Program-made: the position numbers and the translations under genes | Source of the DNA: Patescibacteria group bacterium | Lineage (GTDB): Bacteria; Patescibacteriota; UBA1384; XYA2-FULL-43-10; 1-14-0-10-43-13 | Length of the DNA stretch: 64,000 bases | Assembly (NCBI GenBank): GCA_041674765.1 | Contig: JBAYVE010000001.1 | Coordinates: forward strand, 262,177 to 326,176 | Direction of reading: 5' to 3' | Part shown: one piece after another, positions 9,088-17,544 of the stretch | Layout: every line of letters starts with the position of its first letter | How positions within the stretch are numbered: the stretch's first letter is position 1 | The notes under the pieces: generated by a model | The model's database searches: none | What the model was told of the DNA's origin: nothing | Seen by the model: only the letters and a program-made list of their open reading frames with translations

Positions 9088-10152
9088 TTGACTATTGATA
9101 AAATGATTCATCCTGTAAATCAGCCATCCGGTAAATCTGTTATCCATATTATTATGAACAAATACCCCCAAAAATCAATCGAAGGTAAGGTACTCCGGGA
9201 TATCCGGACTAATTTTTTGATTGAAGAAGGCGACGATATTATTGTGGCTGTGAGCGGGGGAGCAGATTCTCTAAGTCTCTTATATATATTAAATGAGCTG
9301 AAAGATACTCTTCAATTTACAATTTCCGCTTGTCACTTCAATCATCGCTTGAGGGGAGAGGCGAGTGACGAAGATGAGGCGTTGACGAAAAAAAATTGTG
9401 CTAAGCTTGGCATTGCTCTGGAGGTTGGTCGGGCTTCGGCAAAGAATTTATATAAAAGTGAGGATAAAGCCAGAGAAGCCAGATACCGTTTTTTTGAAAA
9501 ATTAGTAGGGGAGAGGACAAATACGAAGGTTGCTTTGGCTCACAATTTAAATGATCTCGCGGAGACATTCCTCTTCAACGCGGTCCGTGGTTCAGGATTA
9601 AAAGGACTCTCCTCTATCCCCGCTTCTAGAAAAAATATAATTCGGCCACTATTGTCGGCCGGCCGTGCCGAAATCGAAGATTATTTGCAAAAAAAAGGTA
9701 TTACCTATTCAATTGATCGTACCAATTCTGATCTTAAATACTCACGTAATTGGATTCGCCATAAGTTAATCCCAATGTTGAAAAATATAAACCCCAATGT
9801 CGTGGAAACACTTGGCAACAGTGCAAAGATCTTTGGGGATGATTTCGATTTCATCAAAAATTCTGCTATCGCTTCCCTATCTGATACTATGGTCTTGGAA
9901 ACGAAGAATCTGATTGTTCTTGACAATAAAAAATGGTTGAGGCTGCCCCCTGCTCTGCAGAGGATGGTGCTCCGCCTTGCTCTCTCGAAAATTGACTCGT
10001 TGCTCGATATCACTTTTAAACAGTTGGAAGAAGTAGAAAATATGCTGAAAAAAGGCCACGGAGGCAAATACAAATTACTGCCTCATTCATTGCGTATCGA
10101 GCTTGCAAATGATAAAATAACTATATTCAAATCCAAAAAAGAAAGCAATTAG
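9088..10152 (+). CDS. tilS: tRNA(Ile)-lysidine synthetase
   Basis: PP-loop motif VAVSGGADSLSLLY (SGGxDS) with the N-terminal ATP-PPase fold; conserved position immediately upstream of ftsH. Confidence 0.85.
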   Translation: MTIDKMIHPVNQPSGKSVIHIIMNKYPQKSIEGKVLRDIRTNFLIEEGDDIIVAVSGGADSLSLLYILNELKDTLQFTISACHFNHRLRGEASDEDEALTKKNCAKLGIALEVGRASAKNLYKSEDKAREARYRFFEKLVGERTNTKVALAHNLNDLAETFLFNAVRGSGLKGLSSIPASRKNIIRPLLSAGRAEIEDYLQKKGITYSIDRTNSDLKYSRNWIRHKLIPMLKNINPNVVETLGNSAKIFGDDFDFIKNSAIASLSDTMVLETKNLIVLDNKKWLRLPPALQRMVLRLALSKIDSLLDITFKQLEEVENMLKKGHGGKYKLLPHSLRIELANDKITIFKSKKESN

Positions 10153-10170
10153 TAACTAAACGAGAAAAAT

Positions 10171-11979
10171 ATGAAACCAAATTACAATCGAACCATCATT
10201 TATATATTAATAATCATCATTGGCTTATTCCTTTTGTCGAACTACCTTTTTCCAAAGGGAGATCAGCCCAAGAGCGTTCCGATATCAGAGATTTCTCAGG
10301 ACGTTGAGAGAGGTGATGTCAGCAAAATTGAGGTTAAAGATAATAATGTAATCGCTACATTGAAAGATGGACAGAAGCTCGAGGCGGTCAAGGAAACCTC
10401 TGTCGGCTTGATGGACTACGGAATTACTCCGGATAAAGTAGAGATTAACGTCAAAGATAGTTCTAGCGCTATGGCCTGGTATTCTATATTACAAATTTTG
10501 ATCCCAATCCTTCTAATCGGCGGTTTCATCTACTTCATGATGCGGTCAGCTCAGGGAGCAAATACCAAAGCGATGAGCTTCGGCAAATCAACGGCCAAGC
10601 TTTTTATGGGTAACAAGAAGGTGGTCTTCGATGATGTAGCCGGATCGGCTGAAGCCAAACAGGAACTTTATGAAGTTGTCGATTTCCTGAAAAACCCAAA
10701 GAAATACCGGGATCTTGGCGCTGAGATTCCTCGCGGTGTCCTTTTGGTCGGCTCGCCTGGTACCGGTAAAACTTTGCTTGCCAGGGCGGTCGCCGGTGAG
10801 GCTGGTGTGCCCTTCTTCTCTATCTCGGCTTCAGAGTTTGTAGAAATGTTTGTCGGTGTCGGTGCCTCTCGGGTTCGAGATTTATTCCAGAAGGCGAAAA
10901 AGAACGCCCCTGCAATCATCTTTATTGATGAACTTGATGCTGTGGGCCGTCAGCGTGGAGCCGGACTCGGCGGTTCTCATGACGAACGTGAGCAGACATT
11001 GAATCAAATATTAGTGGAAATGGATGGCTTTGAGCCGTCAGACAATGTAATTGTCGTTGCTGCGACCAACCGTCCCGATGTGTTGGACCCGGCCCTTTTG
11101 CGTCCAGGTCGTTTCGATCGTCAAGTCTACATTGATCTACCGGATCGGGCTGAGCGAGAGGCTATTTTGAAGGTACATACCAAAAATAAGCCAGTCGAAA
11201 CTGAGGTAAATCTCGAGCGGATCGCCGCTTCAACTCCGGGTTTCTCTGGTGCAGATCTAAGAAATCTGACAAATGAAGCCGCTATCACAGCTGCCAGGAA
11301 TAATAAAAAGACAGTTTCGCAAGAGGATCTGACAGAGTCTATTGAAAAGGTGATGATGGGACCGGAAAAGAAAACGAAAGTCCTATCTGGCAAGGAAAAG
11401 GATATCACTGCTGTTCATGAGGCCGGACACGCTGTTGTCAGTCATTTTTCGCCCAACGCAGATCCTGTCCATAAAATCTCAATCATTTCACGTCGGATGG
11501 CTTTGGGCTATACTTGGAACATGCCGACTGAAGATAGAAAACTACAAACAAAAGCTCATTTCATCGATGAGATTGCAACATTGATGGGCGGGCGAGCGGC
11601 AGAGGAGGAATACTTTGGCATCGGCAATGTGACAACAGGGGCCTCAAATGATATGAAACGAGCTACACAAATCGCCCGGGCCATGGTCACTGATTATGGT
11701 ATGAGCGAACGGTTAGGTCCCCAAATCTATGGACACAAAGAGAGTATGCCGTTTTTGGGCAAGGATTATAACGAGCAGCGAAATTATAGCGAGGAAGTCG
11801 CCAAATTGATTGATGAGGAAGTGGCTAAATTTATCTCTCAGGGCAAAAAGCAAGCAACGGAGATTATCAAGAAACACCGCAAGACTATTCGTCAGATCGC
11901 TGATGATCTGCTAAAGAAAGAAACAATCAACGATCAAGAATTCAAAAAATATTTCGAAGCCGACAGTAAAACAAAATAA
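10171..11979 (+). CDS. ftsH: ATP-dependent zinc metalloprotease FtsH
   Basis: N-terminal TM, Walker [24 protein letters not shown], Walker [13 protein letters not shown] region, and the HEAGHAV zinc-binding motif. Confidence 0.95.
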   Translation: MKPNYNRTIIYILIIIIGLFLLSNYLFPKGDQPKSVPISEISQDVERGDVSKIEVKDNNVIATLKDGQKLEAVKETSVGLMDYGITPDKVEINVKDSSSAMAWYSILQILIPILLIGGFIYFMMRSAQGANTKAMSFGKSTAKLFMGNKKVVFDDVAGSAEAKQELYEVVDFLKNPKKYRDLGAEIPRGVLLVGSPGTGKTLLARAVAGEAGVPFFSISASEFVEMFVGVGASRVRDLFQKAKKNAPAIIFIDELDAVGRQRGAGLGGSHDEREQTLNQILVEMDGFEPSDNVIVVAATNRPDVLDPALLRPGRFDRQVYIDLPDRAEREAILKVHTKNKPVETEVNLERIAASTPGFSGADLRNLTNEAAITAARNNKKTVSQEDLTESIEKVMMGPEKKTKVLSGKEKDITAVHEAGHAVVSHFSPNADPVHKISIISRRMALGYTWNMPTEDRKLQTKAHFIDEIATLMGGRAAEEEYFGIGNVTTGASNDMKRATQIARAMVTDYGMSERLGPQIYGHKESMPFLGKDYNEQRNYSEEVAKLIDEEVAKFISQGKKQATEIIKKHRKTIRQIADDLLKKETINDQEFKKYFEADSKTK

Positions 11980-13545
11980 ATGAAGAAATTTTTAAACCTA
12001 TTTCATCGGGAAAGTTCCATTCGCGGTGCAAGTCTTGTGTTGATTATAACGCTAACTTTGAGCAACGTCTTGGGGCTTTTTAGGGACCGTTTTCTTACGA
12101 AAACTATTTCTACTTTCAATTTAGATATCTATTATGCTTCGTTCCGAATTCCTGATCTTGTCTTCAATACTTTGATTCTTGGTGCTATTACTTCAGCTTT
12201 CATCCCAATTTTTTCTGATCATCTGGCAGCAAAAAATCAAAAAGAGGGTTATCGAATTACCAACTCCTTGATAAATCTTGCTTTAATTTTTACCATTGTT
12301 TCGGCTATTATTCTTTTCTTTTTAATGCCGTATATTACTCCTCTGGTAGTTCCAAAGTTTGATGCCGGTCGAATGGCTGAAACAGTCAAGTTCTCACGTC
12401 TTTTGATGCTGACTCCGATTTTCTTTTCTCTGTCTTATATCATCGGAGGAGTCCTCAATAGTCATAAAAGATTTCTTGCATATTCCCTTTCTCCCCTGAT
12501 CTACAATGGCGCAATTATTATCGGTGCTTGGTTTGTAGCGCCACGGTATGGTCTTATCGGCGTAGTTTATACAGTACTAATAGGATCTGCGTTACACGTT
12601 TTGATTCAGCTGCCGACGGCAATTCGTCTCGGTTACCGTTATATGCCGGTCATAGATTATAGTAAAAACATTCAAAAAATCTTATCATTGATGCTCCCCC
12701 GGACTATCAGCCTTGGGGCTAGCCAAATTATGTTGATTGTTTATACTGCCGTTGCTTCAGCCATGGCCGCTGGTTCGATTTCGGCTTTTAATTTAGCAAA
12801 TAACATTCAAACTATGCCAATTATTGCTCTCGGCACCTCTTTTGCCACCGCCGTTTTTCCGACTTTGGCACAGAAAATATCGCAGAATAAAGAGGAAGAA
12901 TTTTCATTTTATCTGAGTAGAGCCCTCCGGGTGATCGGCTTTTTGCTGATACCATCATCAGTTATTTTTATTTTACTTAGGGCACAGATTATCAGATTGA
13001 TTCTTGGTTCGGGAAAATTCAGTTGGGACGACACCAGAATGACCGCATTAGCTTTGGGATTCTTTTCAATCTCAATTTTGGCTCAGGGTCTGATCCCCTT
13101 ATTAGCCAGGGCTTTCTATGCTCTAAAAGATACAAAAACACCGATGAGGATTTCTATATACACCGTCATCATCAGTGTATTAATCGCATTTCCTCTCTCA
13201 AAATATATGTCGGTGGCCGGACTGGCGCTGGCTTTCTCTATTGGCAGTTATTTTAATGCTTTTATGTTGATCTACTATTTACGCAAAACATACCCTGCCA
13301 TTTTGGACAAGGATTTATTTTTCTCTTATGCCAAGACGACTTTTATTTCACTTTTGATGGGAGTTGTTGTCTGGGGCTCGATGCATATAGCAGCTAATCA
13401 GGTAAATATGTCAAAATTCTTCGGGGTGCTGGAACAAACTGTTTTCGCTTGCGTTGTCGGGCTTGTGACTTTCACTGTTCTAAGCATTGTTTTAAAACAG
13501 GATGAACTCAAATGGGCGTTCAAGAGAAAGATTGATGGGAAATAA
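11980..13545 (+). CDS. murJ: Lipid II flippase MurJ (MviN)
   Basis: 521 aa polytopic membrane protein whose N-terminus LGLFRDRFLTKTISTFNLDIYYASFRIPDLVFNTLILGAITSAFIPIFS is typical of MurJ. The start abuts the ftsH stop. Confidence 0.85.
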   Translation: MKKFLNLFHRESSIRGASLVLIITLTLSNVLGLFRDRFLTKTISTFNLDIYYASFRIPDLVFNTLILGAITSAFIPIFSDHLAAKNQKEGYRITNSLINLALIFTIVSAIILFFLMPYITPLVVPKFDAGRMAETVKFSRLLMLTPIFFSLSYIIGGVLNSHKRFLAYSLSPLIYNGAIIIGAWFVAPRYGLIGVVYTVLIGSALHVLIQLPTAIRLGYRYMPVIDYSKNIQKILSLMLPRTISLGASQIMLIVYTAVASAMAAGSISAFNLANNIQTMPIIALGTSFATAVFPTLAQKISQNKEEEFSFYLSRALRVIGFLLIPSSVIFILLRAQIIRLILGSGKFSWDDTRMTALALGFFSISILAQGLIPLLARAFYALKDTKTPMRISIYTVIISVLIAFPLSKYMSVAGLALAFSIGSYFNAFMLIYYLRKTYPAILDKDLFFSYAKTTFISLLMGVVVWGSMHIAANQVNMSKFFGVLEQTVFACVVGLVTFTVLSIVLKQDELKWAFKRKIDGK

Positions 13546-14131
13546 AAAAGAGGAAAATTCATGGGATTTGCCTAAACCTACCCTGTCGGTCACTTCGGTA
13601 ATTATCATTTTGGCTGCCCTGCTTCTGGTCTGCTCTGGATTTCTTTTTTTTCTAAAATTCAATAATGTTTTCAAAGATTTTCGGTTCACTAAGGATAATA
13701 TCAACAAGCCCTCTGTTTTTCAGACTATCAAATCGAACATAGATGATATTCAGGGCCCGGACGTTTTTTTGAAAATTACAGAGGACCAACTCGCTGAAGC
13801 AATCGGAGTCGAAGATGTAGATTTTCCTATCCAGAAAGCGAAACTATCAATAACAAATGACGGTATAATCCTAAATGGTAAGTCTTCTAATTCAATTTTT
13901 GGTTTGAATCTGGAAGTTAAGGCCTTACCTAGAGCAGAGAATGGCAAAATAATGATTGACATCAATGAGATCACGGCAGCCGGCATTAAGGCACCGCCCA
14001 AGATTGCCGATCCCTTAAAGGACCAAATCAATACTTTGGTTGCGAATAATATTCCCGGACAGGACGAATTGAAAGTTGAAGAAATAAAATCGAATCCTGG
14101 ATTTTTGCTTTTGTCAGGAACAAAGAGATAG
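13535..14131 (+). CDS. Hypothetical membrane-anchored protein
   Basis: ORF overlapping the murJ 3' end. The track start is 13502; the ATG at 13535 (MGNKKEE...) is inside the murJ stop region. One TM (VTSVIIILAALLLVCSGFLFFL); no recognisable domain. Confidence 0.4.
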   Translation: MGNKKEENSWDLPKPTLSVTSVIIILAALLLVCSGFLFFLKFNNVFKDFRFTKDNINKPSVFQTIKSNIDDIQGPDVFLKITEDQLAEAIGVEDVDFPIQKAKLSITNDGIILNGKSSNSIFGLNLEVKALPRAENGKIMIDINEITAAGIKAPPKIADPLKDQINTLVANNIPGQDELKVEEIKSNPGFLLLSGTKR

Positions 14132-14132
14132 A

Positions 14133-14753
14133 ATGAAGGCTTTTCTTTTTGCTGATATTCATGGCAACTATAAACAAATTGCCAATATAGAAAAATTTCT
14201 CAAAAATGAAGATATTGATCTTATTCTATTCGCCGGTGATCTTATCAATATGGGAGAGCCGGTTTCTTTTGCTAAATACTCTGTCGAGATGATAAAGAAG
14301 ACTAGTCTACCTTTCTTCTGGGTACCAGGCAACAATGACTTTGGACGCGGTTATTTTAAGCTTGATGCTGCTTTCAAGTCACTGGAGGGCAAGATAATGG
14401 AACTCGGCAACCGTCATTTTACCGGGGTTGGCGGTTCTCCAGCTTCATGGGCAGGGCAATATTCCGGAGAGTCAATGATTGAGCAAAAGGTAATAGGCGG
14501 CAGCATTTTTGTCTCGCACGTACCACCGCCAGGGATTCTAAATTACCGGAAGGATGATGATGTTCACATCTCAACATCAAATAGGAAGTTTTCAAATTCA
14601 CCCCTGGTTCATATCTGTGCGCATATTCATCATCAGTGGGGAGTAGCATATCTTGGCCAGACGAGAGTAATAAAACTGGCTGCTGCTGAATCCGGCCATT
14701 ATGCTATAATGGATCTAGAAAACCTTAACGTTGAGTTTTCTAGGTTTTCTTAA
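14133..14753 (+). CDS. Metallophosphoesterase (calcineurin-like phosphoesterase)
   Basis: Motifs FADIHGN, FAGDLIN, VPGNNDF and SHVPP match the metallophosphatase signature (D-x-H ... GD ... GNH[DE]). Confidence 0.75.
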   Translation: MKAFLFADIHGNYKQIANIEKFLKNEDIDLILFAGDLINMGEPVSFAKYSVEMIKKTSLPFFWVPGNNDFGRGYFKLDAAFKSLEGKIMELGNRHFTGVGGSPASWAGQYSGESMIEQKVIGGSIFVSHVPPPGILNYRKDDDVHISTSNRKFSNSPLVHICAHIHHQWGVAYLGQTRVIKLAAAESGHYAIMDLENLNVEFSRFS

Positions 14754-14832
14754 ATTTAAATAATCAAATCCACCGGCCGGCGGACTAATTAATCTGGGTG
14801 TTAAGAAGATCAATTAGAAATTGGAGTGTATT

Positions 14833-15666
14833 ATGCGACTTGGTTGCCATATTTCAACTGCAAAACCTTTTTCTGACTCGATTTTACGAGCCAGGGAAGT
14901 TGGATGTGAATGTATGCAGATTTTTGTGAATCCGCCTCAGCGCTGGAATCCCATAGCGATCGCAGAAGAAGAAATTATCAGGTTCAAGGAATTAAATCGT
15001 GAAGCAAAAATTAATCCAATAATCATTCATAGTATTTACCTGAATAATCTTGCCTCCGCTAATTCATTTTTCTACGAGGCATCGGTCAAATCGTTGACTG
15101 ATGATATGCGGAAAGCAGAATTAATCGGAGCACTTGGTGTCAATACTCATCTTGGCTCTACTAAAGGCGGCGATTTTGATGAACTTCTGCCGAAAGTGAC
15201 GAACGCTATCAAGCAAATATTAGATCAAACTGATCCATCTACCTTTTTTATCATTGAAAATGCTGCCGGCGCCGGCAATATTATTGGCGATACGATCGAG
15301 GAAATAGCAAAAATCATACAAAGTGCGAAATCTGACAGAGTCAAAGTGTTGATTGATACGGCTCACGCTTTTGAATCAGGTTATGATTTGCAAACACCTC
15401 AATCCATTGAGGTGTTTATCCGAAAGTTTGAAAAAGAGATTGGACTCGACAAATTGGTTGGTTTCCACTTAAACGATTCTAAGACAGAGTTGAATTCGAG
15501 AAGAGACCGTCATGCTGATATTGGGGAAGGCTGTATCGGAGTTGAAGCTTTCAAATCTCTACTGAACAATTCAAAGCTTCAGGATAAATTTGGTATATTG
15601 GAAACACCACAGGACAAGATGAGCTGGAAGGACCAGCTCAAACTTTTGAGAAGTTTTAAAATATAG
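14833..15666 (+). CDS. nfo: Deoxyribonuclease IV (endonuclease IV, AP endonuclease family 2)
   Basis: MRLGCHIS start (ATG 14833; track TTG 14821; RBS GGAG). Nfo-type motifs IIHSIYLNNLAS, NTHLGS, ENAAGAG, IDTAHAFESGYD and FHLNDSK. Confidence 0.8.
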   Translation: MRLGCHISTAKPFSDSILRAREVGCECMQIFVNPPQRWNPIAIAEEEIIRFKELNREAKINPIIIHSIYLNNLASANSFFYEASVKSLTDDMRKAELIGALGVNTHLGSTKGGDFDELLPKVTNAIKQILDQTDPSTFFIIENAAGAGNIIGDTIEEIAKIIQSAKSDRVKVLIDTAHAFESGYDLQTPQSIEVFIRKFEKEIGLDKLVGFHLNDSKTELNSRRDRHADIGEGCIGVEAFKSLLNNSKLQDKFGILETPQDKMSWKDQLKLLRSFKI

Positions 15667-15715
15667 AGGCTATATATTTGTATTATCTTTCAGTTTGTTT
15701 TTTTAAAGGAGATTT

Positions 15716-16549
15716 ATGAAGATCGGCTTAGCGCTATCGGGCGGTGGAATGCTTGGGGTTGCTCACATTGGACTCCTTCAGGAGCTTGATAAAAATAACA
15801 TCAAGATTGGTGCAATCGCTGGTGTATCAGCTGGTGCAATCATAGGATTGCTGTATTCGTCCGGAGGAGTAAAAGCCATCGATAATTTCATCGAAGATCT
15901 GGGAAAGGCCGGCTTATTTTCACGCGGAGGGCTAATCTTAAATATGACCCCTGACAAAATTTTTGATCAAATAAGATCGGCGCTAAGAAAAAATGTTGCT
16001 GAGGAACATTTCTATGAGCTTCCGGTTAAATTTCAATGTGTCTTAACAAATCTCATCACTGGTGAAGCAGAGGTGATAAAACACGGTAATCCCGTTGATG
16101 CCGTGATGGCTTCGGCGGCTTATCCGGGGGTATTCTCGGTTCAGAAACTCGGCGGCAACTTTTACATCGATGGCGCTATTACCTTGAATCTACCTTGTAA
16201 AACAGCAAGGGAAATGGGTGCTGATTTTGTGATCAGCTCATCTCTTTATAGCGTGGGTAAAATAAACAGCTTTGATGATAAGGGTAATCTAAAGACCAGC
16301 AGAGCAACTATTGCACTCAGAGCAGTAGATATTATGCAAAAAGAACTTGCCAAAATTAGTATGAAAAAGTGTGATTTTTGTTTTACTCCACCAATTGAAA
16401 GCTATAACTGGTGGGATTTCAACCGAATAGCTGAGATTAGAAAAGTCGGCGAGGAATATGCCAGAGAAAACATTGGCGCGTTGGAAGGAAAGTTAGGTCT
16501 TACGAAGCCAAAAAAGAGAAACTTCCTTGAGAAGCTATTAGGAAGTTAA
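15716..16549 (+). CDS. Patatin-like phospholipase
   Basis: Oxyanion GLALSGGGMLGVAHIGLLQEL; lipase serine GVSAGAIIG (GxSxG); catalytic Asp in DGA. Confidence 0.75.
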   Translation: MKIGLALSGGGMLGVAHIGLLQELDKNNIKIGAIAGVSAGAIIGLLYSSGGVKAIDNFIEDLGKAGLFSRGGLILNMTPDKIFDQIRSALRKNVAEEHFYELPVKFQCVLTNLITGEAEVIKHGNPVDAVMASAAYPGVFSVQKLGGNFYIDGAITLNLPCKTAREMGADFVISSSLYSVGKINSFDDKGNLKTSRATIALRAVDIMQKELAKISMKKCDFCFTPPIESYNWWDFNRIAEIRKVGEEYARENIGALEGKLGLTKPKKRNFLEKLLGS

Positions 16550-16696
16550 ATTTAAACATTGCCATTCCCGAGCAGGCGGAATTATAAGGAGTTGTCCTGC
16601 ATACTATGGTTGGATCAGTGTGCCTTTGCATGACCTGCAGTACTACCATCTGGGTTGAGTGTTATAATTTAAAATAAAAATATAATAGGGAGGATC

Positions 16697-17263
16697 ATGA
16701 AAATTTGGTTACAAGTGTTAATTACGGTGCTCATTACGGCTGGTGTTGCAGGAGGTGGAACATATTATTTTGCAAATGCAAAGGCAACAAAAGACAAAGA
16801 TAATTTGCAGGTACAGATTGATGAACTCGGCGCCAAATTGGCAAAAGAAAATATCAATAGCACAATCAGTGAGACATATACAAACACAAAATATGGTTTT
16901 CAACTAACATTGAATGATTTGTGGCTAGGTTATAAATGGCAGGAGATACCTTCGACGAGTTACCAAACGAGTTTCATTCGGTTTTATGCCCCTACGGTTG
17001 ATCCAAATATAAAAACAGACACAACATTAGGAGGCAAATATGCTAACATTTTTAATATCGTAATATATACACTGACCCAATGGGCGGCTATTCAAGCTGC
17101 TGGTGATGCAGATGCAAAAGACTTAAAAGCAAATAATATATACTTAACTAAAAATTCGAATTATGTTTTCGCGTACACTCGTCCTACTGTAACTGCATCG
17201 GATTTAACTGGAAAGGATTTTAAGATTAGCGCGGTCGCAGCAAGTTTTGGATTAACTCAATAA
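16697..17263 (+). CDS. Hypothetical membrane-anchored secreted protein; paralog of 5171..5836
   Basis: RBS GGGAGG before the ATG. The N-terminus TGGTYYFANAKATKDKDNLQVQIDELGAKLAKENINSTISE parallels the 5171 gene. Confidence 0.5.
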   Translation: MKIWLQVLITVLITAGVAGGGTYYFANAKATKDKDNLQVQIDELGAKLAKENINSTISETYTNTKYGFQLTLNDLWLGYKWQEIPSTSYQTSFIRFYAPTVDPNIKTDTTLGGKYANIFNIVIYTLTQWAAIQAAGDADAKDLKANNIYLTKNSNYVFAYTRPTVTASDLTGKDFKISAVAASFGLTQ

Positions 17264-17333
17264 ACTAATGGCTCGTAATATTTCAATTCGCCAATTAGCT
17301 TGCTAGAAAATGGGTATGATTTGTGGTATAACA

Positions 17334-17362
17334 AAAGTGTCCCAACCGGGGCACTTTTGTTA
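17334..17362 (+). terminator. Rho-independent terminator
   Basis: AAAGTGTCCC-AACC-GGGGCACTTT (10 bp stem, one G-U) followed by TGTT. Confidence 0.55.
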
Positions 17363-17544
17363 AAAAATAATCATCGTTTACTACTCTTCGAAAGGCGTTA
17401 GCCATTGAGAAGTTTAGAATAGTTCTCACTTCGAGAACATCGTTCGAACAATAGACATTATGAATCAAGCCAATATTCGAAATTTTTGTATCATCGCCCA
17501 TATCGATTGCCTTACTTCGCTTAAGCTACGCAGGGCGAGTTTAG

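Noticed and set aside
13023-13256. 77-aa plus-strand ORF inside murJ
   Set aside because: Alternative-frame shadow ORF within a conserved membrane-protein gene.
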